A stretch of DNA of 64,000 nucleotides from Eledone cirrhosa (GCA_964016885.1 OZ024744.1:77438001-77502000); one strand, 5' to 3'; numbered from the stretch's first letter, positions 39,862 to 54,899 are shown. Notes: generated by a model not told the origin, from the letters alone. Translations and numbers: made by a program.

Positions 39862-39982
39862 AGAAAAAGAAGGCATATGAAAAAGAAGGGACAGGAAAAA
39901 GAAGTAACAGGAAAAAGAAGGTACAGGAAAAAGAAGGAACAGGAAAAAGAAGGTACAGGAAAAAGAAGGGACAGGAAAAGAA
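39862..39982. repeat. 16-bp minisatellite (ggaaaaagaaggtaca-like)
   Basis: About 7 degenerate tandem units. Confidence 0.8.
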
Positions 39983-40235
39983 TCAGTTTTGGGGAGGACA
40001 CAAATCACAGGAAAAAGTGCCACATTTCATTTAATTTATAGTAAAAGTAACATTACATTCTGTAATGATTTAGCAGAAAATATCTAAAAAGGGAGTTTAC
40101 TAAAGAACATACTATTATGAAAATTTGTAGTAAGTTAAAGACTTTAATATGTGATGTAATCATAGGTTTATACTTTTCAAGATCCTGTAATGTGTTCTGT
40201 TGCTTGTAAGTACATTATGCACACTATATGTAAAA

Positions 40236-40803
40236 GGTGAAGGCGCATGGCTTAGTGGTTAGAGCATTGGGCTTGCAATCGAAAAGTTGTGAGTTCAATT
40301 CTCGGCCCGGGTGATGTGTTGTTTCCTTGAACAAGACACTTTATTACACGTTGCTTCAGTTTACTCAGCTGTAGAAATGAGTACTGGCCTGCCCGCCTAG
40401 CCAGTGGGATGGCGTTATCTTATGGCTAAAACAGCACGACGTGCTGTGACCAGCAGCGCCGATTGGCGCCCGACAGACTGGTCGGTCAAGGTGATCAAGG
40501 TGATATGTAAAAGACCACCTTCAGCCACAAATAACCATTGGATTTGCACCTAGAAAGTTCCCCTCCGAAGTAGAAAGTGTGTATGTGGAAGACAAGCAAT
40601 CGCCCATGCATAAAACTCTCCCCTCTCCACACCACAGATGTTGTCCAAGGGAAAGGCAATGGCCGATTCAGCTTGGTACCAGTGACTCATTTCTACAACT
40701 GAGTGAACTGGAGCAACGTAAAATAAAGCTCGGTCCGAAAATCGAACTCACAACTTCACAATTGCAAGCCCAGTGCTCTAACCACTAAGCCATGCGCCTT
40801 CAC
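40236..40803. mobile_element. Two tRNA-derived SINEs (second family) in inverted orientation
   Basis: gtgaaggcgcatggcttagtggttagagca..gagttcaattc at 40237 (+) and its mirror at 40740-40803 (-). Confidence 0.75.
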
Positions 40804-42037
40804 AACACTATATGTACACTACATGTATAAACATGGAACCAAATGCTATTTCCACCACACCAAAACGCCAAAGAGTGTTTCAACTTTGCCAATCTGTTCT
40901 ATTGAAATCCCCTAAATCTTATTTCATGTCTATATCGTACTTCAGGATCGATAACTAGAAACTCTGAGTAGTGACTTAAGAAAACTCATCTTTGAATAAA
41001 TATCATTCTAGAACACTATGGTATTGAGTACTTGCTATTCTGTCATCGCTATTTCTGTTTTCACGAACAGTTTTGCATTATTCATAATACCGGGGCAGTG
41101 GATTTGGCAATATGCGTAGAATGTCAGACACCATGCTTTGCAGCATAGAGTTCTGACCCTTTATGTTCTGAGTTCAAATCCCGCCGAGGGTAGCTTTGCC
41201 TTTTATCCTTATGGGGTCGATAAAATAAAGTACCAGTAATGCATTGGAGTAATTGCTGGCCTTGTGTCAAAGTAGAAACAATTATTCATAATATATATGT
41301 ATACAGGTCAATACGAGGATTTTTGTATATCGGCAGGTTTGTGTGTTAAACAAGGAAGATACTGGCCGTTTCAAATGACGAAATTGTGAGTATTTTAACG
41401 TTAAGTTGTTGAAACAATAATTCCACTTTGATTTCACGGCTAAGGGCCTCTGGTTGAGAATATTGCTTTATAATAGATCCTGTGCGTGGGCTCCAAATAG
41501 ATTTGTTGAGCAAATTGTAAGCAACAAGATCGGAATCATTGGATATCGATCTAAACCCTTATTATTATTGGCACTATCGGTAGAGCGTTGGACAACATGC
41601 TTTGCAGCATAGAGTTATGGCCTTTTACGTTCTGAGCTAAAATCCGGCCGAGGTTAGCTTTTGTTTTTCATCCTTACGGGGTCGATAAAATAAAGTACCA
41701 GTAATGTACTGGGTAAATGCTGGCCTTGGGCCAAACGTAGAAACAATTATTATCATTATTTATACACGACTGGTCTCTGCAGTTTCCCGACACAATAGTA
41801 GACGACACCTGTAGACGACACACAGATTCACGTCATTTTACACGAAGTTGCTTGCTCAGAGTGGTTGTCTCATTTTATGTATTCTTACACTTATTGTAAT
41901 ATCAGTGTTAAAGTACAAGCAAACATACATACTTATGAAAAATGGATCCCCTAAATGGTCACTGAACTTGTTAGAAATAGCAGCCAAATCAATCTCTATT
42001 CTCTAAAAAGAAACACTAAATAATGTAATCGTAGATA

Positions 42038-42232
42038 CGAGGGGCTGCTGAAAATTCCTGGCTTAAATGTGCGTCAGAGACCGAGCTGCAAGCTAACTTT
42101 CCAAGTTCTTTTTACAGGGTTTTTAAAAAAACCGAAGGACCGTTGTAATAAGTCTGCGAATTTGAAGAAAATCATAATTAACTGATCCTCCTGTATTTTC
42201 TTTTACCCAAGGAAATTTTCAGCACACCCACG
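42038..42232. mobile_element. Mariner-type MITE
   Basis: TA|CGAGGGGCTGCTGAAAATTCC ... GGAAATTTTCAGCACACCCACG|TA. Confidence 0.65.
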
Positions 42233-42685
42233 TATATGTTTGAAAAGACAAAGTGGTCATGGACGGAATGACTCTCATCAATGATACTCTAGCTATGTAT
42301 ACATACATACATACATACATACATACATACATACATACATACATACATACATACATACATACATACATACATACATACATTTTGAGACACTCCGTCGGTT
42401 ACGACGACGAATGTTCCAGTTGATCCAATCAACGGAACAGCCTGCTCGTGAAATTAACATGCAAGTGGCTGAGCATTCCACAGACACACGTACCCCTAAC
42501 GTAGTTCTCAGGGAGATTCAGTGTGACACAGTGTGTGACAAGGTTGGCGCGTTATGTCTTGCTCAAAGACATAACGCGTCGCCAGGAATCAAAATCACGA
42601 CTTTGCGATTGTGAGCCGAATACTCTAACCACAAAGCCACGTGTCTTCATCATACATACATACCTACATACATACCTACATATAT

Positions 42686-42918
42686 ACATGGTGGCTACCA
42701 ACTCATTTTCGAGTACGGCCACTACTTTATATCCATGTAGGAGAACCCCTATCGATGCACTGAACGAGTGTGACATTTTAGTCCAGCCAGCGACTTGAAA
42801 ACTCTGGTACAAACACTACACTTGTGACAATTATTGACACATAGTGCTGGGCCCATGGTACCATGTAACGACAAGTGCAGAGAGATCTCCAGATATAAAG
42901 CAATGCCTGTGCCGTGAA
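42686..42918 (-). mobile_element. 3' part of the bipartite RTE-derived element
   Basis: Reverse complement of 21066-21297. Confidence 0.85.
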
Positions 42919-42926
42919 GCATACAT

Positions 42927-45900
42927 AGTCAGTCAATGCGACCAGTCGCATATTTTGGTGTGGGAGACTATTAATTAAATTTACGATGAATACTATTTCC
43001 GACAGTAATGCCACAACTACCAGTAATGTTGAATAACTGGATATTTTTCTAACTATATCTACTGAAGACACCTTTTATTCGAATTCGTAGAGATATCCGA
43101 CTAAATACATAATTCATTTTGCAAGGATTTGCTACAAACAGCATGGCTGAACACAACATCAACAACAACAGCATCAGTGGAATACCGAAGAAAAACGAGA
43201 AAGGTAAACAAACTTTATTCAGTTGTAGCTACAGAAGAAACCGAATTTATAAATCGCATTTCTCTTGAAGTTGCGAACTTAATAATGATTTATTTAAATG
43301 TTATAAAATGGCAAAAAACAATCCCTCCATTGGCTATATGAACAGAATGAAGCTACACTGGGACGAAATGCACCCAGAGCTAAATCGCTTCACAGCGAAA
43401 CCACTACGCCAACAAGCGACGTTTGTTGAACGTAAAAATAAGATAAATATTATTAATTGTAAGTTCCCCACAACAAATATGGAATCAACAACACGTGCTA
43501 CAGGTCGCCATGCTACTAGACTTCCTAGCAGCCAGGTCGAACAGTGCCTTGAAACAACTATGCCTGTAAGAAATTTGACACCACGTGTACCATCTAAGTC
43601 TACCTCGAATGCTGAGGAAAACACTATCGATAATAATAATAATCGAAGAAATATGATACCACGTGTACCATCCGAGTCTACCTCGACTATTGTGGAAAAT
43701 ACTATCGATAATGATAATAATCAAAAGTATAAACAATTGAAAATTTCCCTCAACGAAATCTTCCAGAGAGAAATTAATTCATGTATAAACATTTCTCTTG
43801 CTGAACGTTTTAAAACAACAATATTAAATAAAAAAAATCAAATAATGAAATATTACATGTTATTGACGAAATAGGGGATGAATATTTACGACGGATAAAA
43901 ACCCCAACATTTTGGCAAATCAACGCCTGTTTATATGCCCTAACAATGACAGTGAAGCATTATCTTGGTGATAGCAGAGATATTAACAAGAACAAAACAC
44001 CACCAAAAATACGATCATATATAACTAAAATAGAAAAAAGGTGTGCTGACCTACGAAAAAACATAGGACATGTGACAATGCTCCTTACATGCAAACAAAC
44101 ACAAAAAAAAACATCACTCCTCACCAACAAAGAGTGAAAAATAAAATAGAGACGATGTTTGGTAACAGTAAAACCAGAACTCTCCAATATAAGCTGATCA
44201 CCCTCAAACAAGAATTGAGAGCTGTTAGCGAAAAACTCCGATACCTGAAGAAGGTAGATGAAAGAAAAGTGCTTAATAAAAGATTCAGGCGAAACCAAAC
44301 ATCAGTCTATAGAGATATGAAGGGCAAAATAATAAGTGTCACTGAGGCCCCATCCCAGAAAGACATAGATTCCTTTTGGAGAAAAATATGGGGTGAAAAG
44401 AAAAATTTCAACCAAGATGCAGTTTGGCTAAAAGGAATGCAAAAAAACTATTGCTCTTACACTACAACAAAAACATACGAAATAAGTGAGGGTACCCCTG
44501 AGAGTGTGATAGGAAAACTCCAAGATAAGAAAACATCAGGAAGAGACATGATTGTCGGCTACTGGTACAAAAAACTGATATTCTATCGGAGGTATCTTAC
44601 TGACCTCTACCAACAAGTTCTTAAGGGAGATACACTTATACCAGAATGGTTGACATTAGCACAAACATTACTGGTCCCCAAGAACAAAGACACCCACTTG
44701 GCAGAAAATTATCGACCCATTGCATGCCAGAACCTGATGTATAAGATGTATACAGCCTGCCTGAACCCATTCCTCCAAGATCACTGTGAAAATAATTGAT
44801 TCTACTTTTGGCACAAGGCCAGCAATTATCCCAGTGTATTACTGGTACTTTATTTTATCGACCCCGTAAGGATGAAAGGCAAAGTTAATCTCGGCGGGAT
44901 TAACTTTGAAAATAATAACATCATCACAGATGAACAAACAGCTGGAAAAAAAGGGGTTCGGGGATGTGCTGAACAACTCCTAATCAACAAAACTGCGATG
45001 TCGGAGGTGCGAGAACTTAGGAGGAATATGGCTACAGCCTGGCTGGATTACAGGAAAGCTTTCGATTCTGTTCCACACTCTTGGATGATAGAGGCCCTCC
45101 AACTTGCTAAAGTCCCAGACATTATTGTCAGAGCCACAGAGAGGCTGTCTTCTTCTTGGGCTACTATCCTAAAGTTAAAGACAGAGAAGGAGGACTCTAT
45201 TTTCACTGATAAAATAAAATATCACAGGGGTATATTTCAGGGAGACAGTCTCTCTGTGATATTATTCATCATGTCATTAAACCCCTTGTCCTTTCTGCTC
45301 AAGAAATGTGAAGGATACATCATTGGCTCACAGGAGGACAGAAATACGAACCTAACCCATAATTTCATTGTGGATGACCTGAAACTCTATGCCAAGAACA
45401 TGGATGGGATGAAGAAAAATCTTGATCTGGTTACAACGTTCTCAAAGGATATAGGAATGGAGTTTGGCCAAGATAAATGCTCATATATGGCTGTAAAGCG
45501 AGGAAAAACAACAACCTAATCTAGCAACATGTATGAATGGCCTAACTGTTTCACCAATATCTGATGAGGACTGCTACAGATACCTGGGGATAGATGAGAA
45601 CATATCCTATAATGGTATTTGTAATAAGGAACCAGGGAATACTACACCCGATTAAGTATGATATGGTCATCGGAACTCTTTGCGCAAAACAAAACAGTGG
45701 CTCACAATGTGTTTGCTGTGTCTGTCCTAACACCAACTTTTGGAATACTCAATTGGACGATAGACGAAATCCGAGCGGTTGATGTTGGAACTCGAAAAAT
45801 ACTGAACAACACCGGAAACTTCCACATCAACAGTGACATAGACCGCCTTTACTTGAAAGCAGGAAGGCAAAGGCCTAACATCAGTCCAAACAGCATTTGA

Positions 45901-46847
45901 ATGTTGCATCACATCCCTCCGACAACATCTACGAACCTCGAAGCGTAGGATCCCGTCTCTCGAGCAAGTCTATCTGCACGAAACAGATAATATCATGAGA
46001 GTTGGGAAGGAACTCCTCGAAAGATATTCCCTGTGTGATAATCAAAAAATCACACCCAGGGAAGCTTTTCAGCAGTATCGCAGTGAATCCATGGATGAAA
46101 AACTGCATGCTTATCAGCAAAAAATCATGCATGGATATGTTGCCAGGAAGCTCCAGAGTGAGTATAATATAGATAAAGAAAGTAGTCTATCTTGGACCAA
46201 CAACCGCTATATTGGCTCCCACTTTGAAGGATACGCTTTTGCAATCCAAGAACAGGGGATTAGCACGAAATACCTGATTCACAAAAGAGATAGGGATGCA
46301 GGCATAACAGACCAGATATTATGATATGGGACAAGGAAAAGAAGGCATGCACAGTAGTGGAAGTTAGCTGTCCAGCAGATGTCAATATAATATCAAAGAT
46401 TAGCGAAAAGGAGAATATTTATGCAGAACTAATGAGAAATCTGCAGATACTCCACCCTCATTATGCCTTCAGATTTATGCCTGTGATTATTGGGGCACTG
46501 GGGTATATTAGTAACTGCCTCAATACAAATCTTGAGAAGCTGGGCTTCACAGGAACAGAAAGAACACAACTAGTTAGGAAATTACAAGTACAACCCATTA
46601 ATGGAACAGTAAAAATATGTAAAACATTCCAAACATTTTGCATTTAATAACTGCATATACACATGCAGACATATAACTCAAAACATACACGTCCACACAT
46701 ACAATAACATCCATATCTACACATGCAGACATGCATACATATCTACCTAGTTGATGTTGTGTAAATTCCAATGAGAGAGTCCTGTGTCTATCTTAGAAAC
46801 CGACTCTCTCTCTATTGGTAAAAATTTGTGAAATTATAAAACCAGAA
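42927..46847 (+). mobile_element. R4/Dong-like non-LTR retrotransposon (RT + restriction-like endonuclease), decayed
   Basis: ENYRPIACQNLMYK, WLDYRKAFDSVPHSW, GIFQGDSLS, HNFIVDDLKLY, RPDIMIWD..VVEVSCPAD..EKENIY (PD-D/ExK); no APE domain; many frameshifts, CCHC segment deleted near 46300. Confidence 0.9.
44797..44906 (-). mobile_element. Truncated SINE inserted in the R4-like RT with 10-bp TSD
   Basis: TGAAAATAAT at 44787-44796 and 44907-44916; removal restores QDHCENNNIITDEQ. Confidence 0.9.
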
Positions 46848-47667
46848 CATATATATACATATGAAGGCTGATCCTCTACATGGTCACTGAATTTGCAAGA
46901 AATAGCTAGCCGACAATAAATAAACAAACACATTAAAATTCTTTCACCAAAAAATAGCTTACCATTTCTTAGAATACACCCCCTCCCCACACACACACTA
47001 ATGACTTACCCATATTCTCACTCAATATACCAAGTTAAGTTCTTTATTTATAAATAAAAAACTTTACCACTTAAACACCTGCTCAATTCACACACGTACA
47101 CACATACATACAAACATACACACACACAAACACTTAAGATATTCAATAAGTAACTTTATTATTAAACAGGCAAAATACACACACACACACACACATATAC
47201 ACACATCAGATACTAAATTACAAATAACTTCATGATTCAACCAGGCTGAGGACTGGAAGTATCAGTAGAGGGTCGGTCGCCATGATTACCAGCATAGAGT
47301 TATTGCCCTTTATGTTCTGAGTTCAAATTCCGCCGAGGTCAACTTTGCCTTTCGTCCTTACGGGGTTGATAATATAAAGTACCAGTAATGTACTGGGATA
47401 ATTTCAGGCGGGGTGCCATTTGGAGATAGCTTTGCCGAACATCTCAGTAATATTCGCCCCTGAAATGATTGTTGCGTCTCCCGTCAAATAGAATATATAT
47501 AATAAAGAATGGCCTGCCGAAGACGAACGGAAGGTAATCACAGTTAAATACAGACCTGTCAACACTCCCCGTCTGGCAGGGAGGTCACCCACTTACTTTG
47601 GGGTGAGTGAATGATGTCTTCTCTTGTGAAAATGGGTATAGCTTTCATTATGTAAAATCTCTCTAAA

Positions 47668-47853
47668 AGGGTGGTGGATTGGCAGTATCGGTAGAGGGTC
47701 GGACGCCATGCTTTCCAGCATAGTTACGTCCCTTTACGGCCTGAGTTCAAATCCCGCCGAGGTTTACTTTACCTTTCATCCTTACGAGGTCGATAAAATA
47801 AAGTACCAGTAATGCACTGGGTAATTGCTGGCCTTGTGCCTAAAGTAGAAACA
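47668..47853 (+). mobile_element. Full-length tRNA-derived SINE with 17-bp TSD, nested in a MITE
   Basis: ATTATGTAAAATCTCTC at 47647-47663 and 47854-47870; A and B boxes intact. Confidence 0.9.
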
Positions 47854-48948
47854 ATTATGTAAAATCTCTCCATTTTGCCTCATTTCTCCCCGGTTTTGGG
47901 GTACTTTTTTTCATGGGATTCCCCGTTTGGGTTTTTAGAGGTTGGCAGGTCTGGTACTATACCTCACTTTAACATCTAAAAAACTGCTACCCCCCTCTCG
48001 GTGAATCAGTGTTGCGACGAATGAAATTTATTGGACATATTACAATCGTTTCTCTGGTGACCAGCTCGAAGCGCAATTGATTTGATGATCGAATCTGACT
48101 CTGAAAATCGCAAGGTCCTCAGATACGTCTTGATTCTATGAAGCAGATTTTCCTATGTCCTTTTACATCGATATACTTCGCCTGTCGGCTTAGATCCTGT
48201 TGTTGTCATTCTATGAGTGGTCAAGAATTGTATACGTCATCGATATTTCTAGCCACTCATGGTTGTCCACTATTTGGTTCTTTTCATTCTCCACCTGTCA
48301 ATCAAATTTGTTTCTTCGGTCGGAATTACTACTGTAGTAGGAAAGGGGTTTGTATACTTGAACTGCTGGCGGCACTTCGACGTCTTCACTGTCTTTAGGC
48401 GCCCACTTCTACACCGATGGCGTACACACCCGCAACTGTATTGTATGCGACGATCATCGTAAATAATTGTTTCTACTTTAGGCACAAGGCCAGCAATTAA
48501 CCAGTGCATTACTGGTACTTTATTTTATCGACCCCGTAAGGATGAAAGGCAAAGTCAACCTCGATCATCGTAAATAATGCTTTTAAATCAAATTAGAAAA
48601 ATATTAGAAAAATATTTATCATAACGTTTCAAGAACACAGCCTCAGAATACTTTAAAACATACATATTTCAAAAGGAAAAAGAAAAAAACTCTGTTCAAA
48701 GAACGCTTTTAAATGAATGCTTGGAACAACAGTCTATCAAAAAAAGTTATTTCGAAGGCATTTTTGGTAAATATACACATATCTTCACTCACACACTGTA
48801 CTCATGGAAGCGTGTACATTTGAGACGCTGCCCATATACACAGATGAAAAAAAGAAAGATCATAGGCATTCATACCCTCACACAGACATGTTCATACAAT
48901 TACATCCACCCAGACAAGTTTTATCAAGATCGGACAGAAATTGCCATT

Positions 48949-49043
<95 letters not shown>

Positions 49044-49253
49044 GAGCAAACATCACGAGCGCTCTATCTCAAAATTATTTTTGAAAAGCATAAGAAATGC
49101 GCAACCGGTAAAAACTTAAAACTAAAACTGAATACTAACCAATACTTATTACTAATTTATACTTATTCCTAATTAAACTATTTTTCACTGGGAAAAATTT
49201 GTCAGCATTTTCTTTTCCTTTTTACTAACATATCACAACTCGTGTGTCACACC

Positions 49254-49329
<76 letters not shown>

Positions 49330-49524
49330 GCTTAGAGTTTAGACTCAATGGGGTCATTTACAATCATTTCAGCTCTAAGAATCGCTTCTGAGCAGAATAT
49401 ATATATATATATATAACGAAGGAAATGTGGTAAGGAACCAGGTGGACCATAACCCACCAAAGTACTCAATACTTAGGGTAGTAGAGTGGGTAATAGGAAC
49501 AAGTAAGACCCCAATATATATATA

Positions 49525-49945
49525 TATTTCGTTTCTGAATTTGTTTAGCAAGATTCTTTATCTGAAAACGTGTGTTGAAACCGATATTGTTATACTTTGG
49601 GTGGATCATGTTGCCAATAAGAAACACGCACCAGTTGCTTTCAATTCAATTTAATTATAAATTTATAAATTTAGGAATTTATAAATTTCCGGTTGTTTGG
49701 TTCCAAGATGGCGTAGGACAGAACAAAGGAGAGGTACAAAAACAAAGAAAAGAATCCCCAGTCACTGAAGAGATCACAGAATGTGTGACGAAAGAACTTT
49801 GACAATATATGAACAATCATCTGGTTGTGGAACCAACCAACTGGAAATTTATAAATTCCTAAATTTATAAATTTATTATAATAAATTGAAGTGAAAGCAA
49901 CTGGTGTATGTGTTTCTTATTGGCAACATGACCCTCCCAAAGTAT

Positions 49946-49952
<7 letters not shown>
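49525..49952. mobile_element. PLE pseudo-LTR with 5' inverted piece; hammerhead at 49760-49803
   Basis: 49525-49705 (-) and 49707-49952 (+) both match 2636-2958. Confidence 0.85.
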
Positions 49953-49997
<45 letters not shown>

Positions 49998-50056
49998 TAT
50001 ATTATATATATATGTATATATATTATGTATATATATGTATATATATTATATATATA

Positions 50057-50130
<74 letters not shown>

Positions 50131-50279
50131 TATATATAAATATATATATATATATAGTGGTAGAACACTGGAAGTTAATATCCGTAGAGGTAGAGCACTC
50201 AGTCCATGGGACGAGCTGAGGATCCGCTAAGGTGAAACAATTGTTCTCGGTATATGGTGAACTACTGTTGTGTAACCAC

Positions 50280-50451
<172 letters not shown>

Positions 50452-50625
50452 TATATATATTATATATATATATATATACACGGTGTAAGGGAATCAGTCC
50501 GTCATTATGATAACAAAAGTCTGATGAGCTTTTGATTCCAGAGTCGGGCCAGATCTACACAGATCAAATCTTGAGGTGATCCATCGCGAAATAAATGTAA
50601 TGAAAATTTAACCCCTCGTTCACAT

Positions 50626-50663
<38 letters not shown>

Positions 50664-51204
50664 ATAATTGTTTCTACGTTAGGCACAAGGCCAGCAATTA
50701 CCCAGTGCATTACTGGTACTTTATTTTATCGACATATATAATAATGAAATGACAGGAGGCTGGACTGGTGTAAATCCTTGAAAGGTTTATTATACTATGA
50801 TCATTTCAATGACCGGGTTCCGTATGAATCCGTTGATATTATCAGGTATTCGAAATATAATAAATGAATGTAATAGATAAAATCCATGGGACTGAAAATC
50901 AAAGACCGGAGGACGACCGCCATCCAGCATCTTCAACCTTTGCCGGTCGCCCTCAAGTATAAATATATATATATATATATATACAAACACTCATATATGA
51001 AAAAACAACCAGTGACCCCCCCCCCTCTTATTTGAAGAACTATTGTAACGCGAACTGGCGCGAAATTTATTATAATTATTGACAAACCAATCAAATTACT
51101 TCTCGAAAAACCTGGCATTTCGAGCCACTTTTTCCATATAAAACAAGTAACATTCAGAGACCAACCAGATGTGAGAAAAACCACAGACCCTCCATCTCAA
51201 CTCA

Positions 51205-51242
51205 CCTTTTGAAAAGCAGAAGAACTGCGAAACCGGTAAAGG
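51205..51242 (+). ncRNA. Minimal hammerhead with U3-A8 core variant
   Basis: CCTT TTGAAAA GCAG aagaa CTGC GAAA CCGG TA AAGG. Confidence 0.7.
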
Positions 51243-51311
51243 AACCAAATAAATATATATATTTTTTTAAAAAATAAGACTCCAGTTGCATTTTCGATTT
51301 CATCTTTTTTT

Positions 51312-51357
<46 letters not shown>

Positions 51358-51936
51358 ACGGCAGTTACTGTAGGTTCACCCAGGTGAGTACTCGATACTT
51401 AGATTCACGTCTGTAACGAGGTGTAGAACTAAAAAGGGTGTACATATAATAATTGTTTCTACTATAGACACAAGGCCAACAATTTTAGGGAGGGGTGAAA
51501 GTCGATTAAGTCTGGTACTTTATCTATCGACCCCGTAAGGATAAAAGGCAAAGATAACCTCGGCTGCATTTGAAGTCAGAACGCAAAGGGCCATAACTCT
51601 ATGCTGTAAAGCACGTCGTTTGACGCCCTTAGTGTAAATATAATAATAAAAAGACGTTTTGCTATGTCTTCATTACGTTTATTGAGTAGTGACACTCGTT
51701 TCACTATTGATCAGCTCAAGGTTCGCGCTCTGTATCGATCTGGCCCAACTCTGGAATCAAAAGCTCGTCGGACCTCTGATTATAAGATATTATAAGGGCG
51801 CGACGTTCGGCGCCTAATGCGGTCTCTAGGGCATTGAACATTTTTTGCTCAAAACAGTCACACGACCATAAGTTTCATATGTGTAAAGTTTGAAAACAAT
51901 CGGTTGGGTGGTTCTCGAGTTTTAGGAAGTCAGACA

Positions 51937-52013
<77 letters not shown>

Positions 52014-52018
52014 CATAC

Positions 52019-52101
<83 letters not shown>

Positions 52102-52394
52102 TATAAAACAGAGAATGTTTGTCTGTCTGTCTGTCTATCCGACTCCCTAAAACTCGAGAACCACCCAATATATATATATATTTCTGTGTGTATGTATATA
52201 TATATATATATATGTATGTATAAATATTTACACATACACCAATTAAACAAAGTCACAGGTATATATGTGTTTTTGCAACTTTTCACGATGTGGCTCAATG
52301 GAGAATTAATAAATTAATCAGAGCGAAATACTATATATATATGTATATATACATATATAGATATATACATGTACACATATATATATATATATAT

Positions 52395-52445
<51 letters not shown>

Positions 52446-52447
<2 letters not shown>

Positions 52448-52631
52448 AACCAGTAAGACCCCGACAGCTGAGCTCAAGCCGTTTCGACGGCTAATTCTGA
52501 GAATTAGCCGTCGAAACGGCTTGAGCTCAGCTGTCGGGGACTTACTGGTTCCTATTACCCACTCTACTACCCCAAGTATTGAGTACTTTGGTGCGTTATG
52601 GTCCACCTGGTTCCTTACCACATTTCCTTCG

Positions 52632-52633
<2 letters not shown>
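52446..52633 (+). mobile_element. Family P element with fold-back palindrome
   Basis: Palindrome centred at ~52499 followed by the family P body. Confidence 0.8.
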
Positions 52634-52698
<65 letters not shown>

Positions 52699-52820
52699 CA
52701 CATATAAATATATATATATACATACACATATAAATATATATACAAGGTATACCCCACCAAAATGTATACACATATTTATTAGAAGGTTGTTGAAGTGTGT
52801 ATTCATTTTTTGGGAACACA

Positions 52821-52855
<35 letters not shown>

Positions 52856-52878
52856 ATATATATAATACACACGCATCC

Positions 52879-52909
<31 letters not shown>

Positions 52910-54225
52910 ACTTCATTTCCCTCTTTCACCTTTTGTCTCTTCCCTCTCCTCACATATATATATATATATATATATACACATACACATATAAATATATAAA
53001 TATACATACATCTCTGTGTGTATGTATATGTGTATATAGTGTGTGTATATATATATATAAATATATATATATATGAGGAGAGGGAGGAGACAAAAGGTGA
53101 AAGAGGGGAATGAAGTTATAAATATATATATATATATATATATATGGATGCGTGTGTATATATATATATATTGTGTGTGATAGTTATCGATCAGTTTGCG
53201 AATCTGTTTCGAGTTTGTCTGGGGTTTTTTTGGGGGCGGAACTTCTTTGTAGTTGCAGTCCAGAGCTGTTGTTTTTCCTCTACACATAAATATATGCATA
53301 GATACAGACAAACGCAATTAACCCACTCCCACACAAGAATATATATATACATATATATATATATATAAATGAAAATATAGAAATTAATGTGAGCAAGAAG
53401 CCAACAGTATTTCATAATATATAAGTGACTATAACGTCAAAATGGAAAATAATTAACCTAAGATATGGGAAAATAATTCAAACTCAATTTTAAAAAACCA
53501 AGACAGAGATTTTATCCACAGATTTTGTGAAATCCAGGGAAAAAACCAATAGAATCTTAACTCAGAATCAAATAAAGCTTAAATACTCATCCTTCAATTT
53601 GGAAAACCTACAAATGCTCTATATAGTCTTAAAAAGACTATTTCACGAAACTTTTCAGTGGGGATAGTCACGGTTGTAGTCGTTCATCAGTAGAGCTCAA
53701 ACACGATAACCCTAATATATATATATAATAGGAACGATCGACTTTCGTCAAATCGGACCGAGGGAACAATGTTTCCGTTGGTCTTTCCAATTGCTAATAC
53801 TATCCATCGGTCGCAACTCCAGGTAGAAGGAGCAACGTGAAATAAAGTGTCTTGCTCAAGGACATAACGCATCGCCTGGTCCAGGAATCGAACTCACAAC
53901 CTTACGATTGCGAATCCAATTTTTAATATAGAAGAGTTTCTACATCTAGAACTGTTTCATACTTTTATACTCTGTGGTCATATATATATATATATTTATA
54001 ACGAAGGAATTGTGGTAAGGAACTAGATGGACCATAACGCACCAGAGTACTCAATATTTAGGGTAGTAGAGTGGGTAATAGGAAAAGGTATGACCCCCGA
54101 CGGCAGAGCTCAAGCCGTTTCGTCCAGAAATAGCCGTCGAAATGGATTGAGCTCTGCCGTCGGGGTCATACATCTTCCTAGACATATATATATATAAAGA
54201 ATCTTGCTAAACAAATTCAGAAACG

Positions 54226-54287
<62 letters not shown>

Positions 54288-54343
54288 GTATATGCATATA
54301 TATTTACTTATATATTCAGATCTATATGTATATATATATGTAT

Positions 54344-54415
<72 letters not shown>

Positions 54416-54491
54416 GTATATGCATATATATTTACTTATATATTTATATGTATATGTATATATATGTATCAACATACATACATGCATACAT

Positions 54492-54530
<39 letters not shown>

Positions 54531-54867
54531 GTGTGTGTATGTGTATATGTATATATGTGTATATATATATATATATATATAATACATATGTTTGTGTGTA
54601 TGTAAGTGTATGTGTTGTTCATGCATCTGTCTGTCTGTCTGTGTTGTCTGCCTGTATATCTGTTTGTCTGTCTGTCTCTGTTATTGTACACATGCATAAT
54701 AAACCACATTTTAGTGTCTTAGATGCGAGGGGTCAATGAGAACATTTTCGCCGTTGCAATATGTGAAACAGACAGCAATTTGGTGCTAATAACAGGATAC
54801 AGATTTTATACTCTCAATGTGTCACTGCTATCTAAACATATCTTAAACTGGCAAATAGCTAATCATA

Positions 54868-54899
<32 letters not shown>

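Noticed and set aside
47668-47760. tRNA genes
   Set aside because: A/B boxes belong to SINE heads; no complete cloverleaf, and they continue into SINE body and tail.
53632-53698. Minus-strand CTGATGA-ACGA..GACTAT C..TCGT-GAAATAGTC, possibly another permuted hammerhead
   Set aside because: Helix II and III pairings exist but no helix I partner is found, and it is a single copy; not supportable here.
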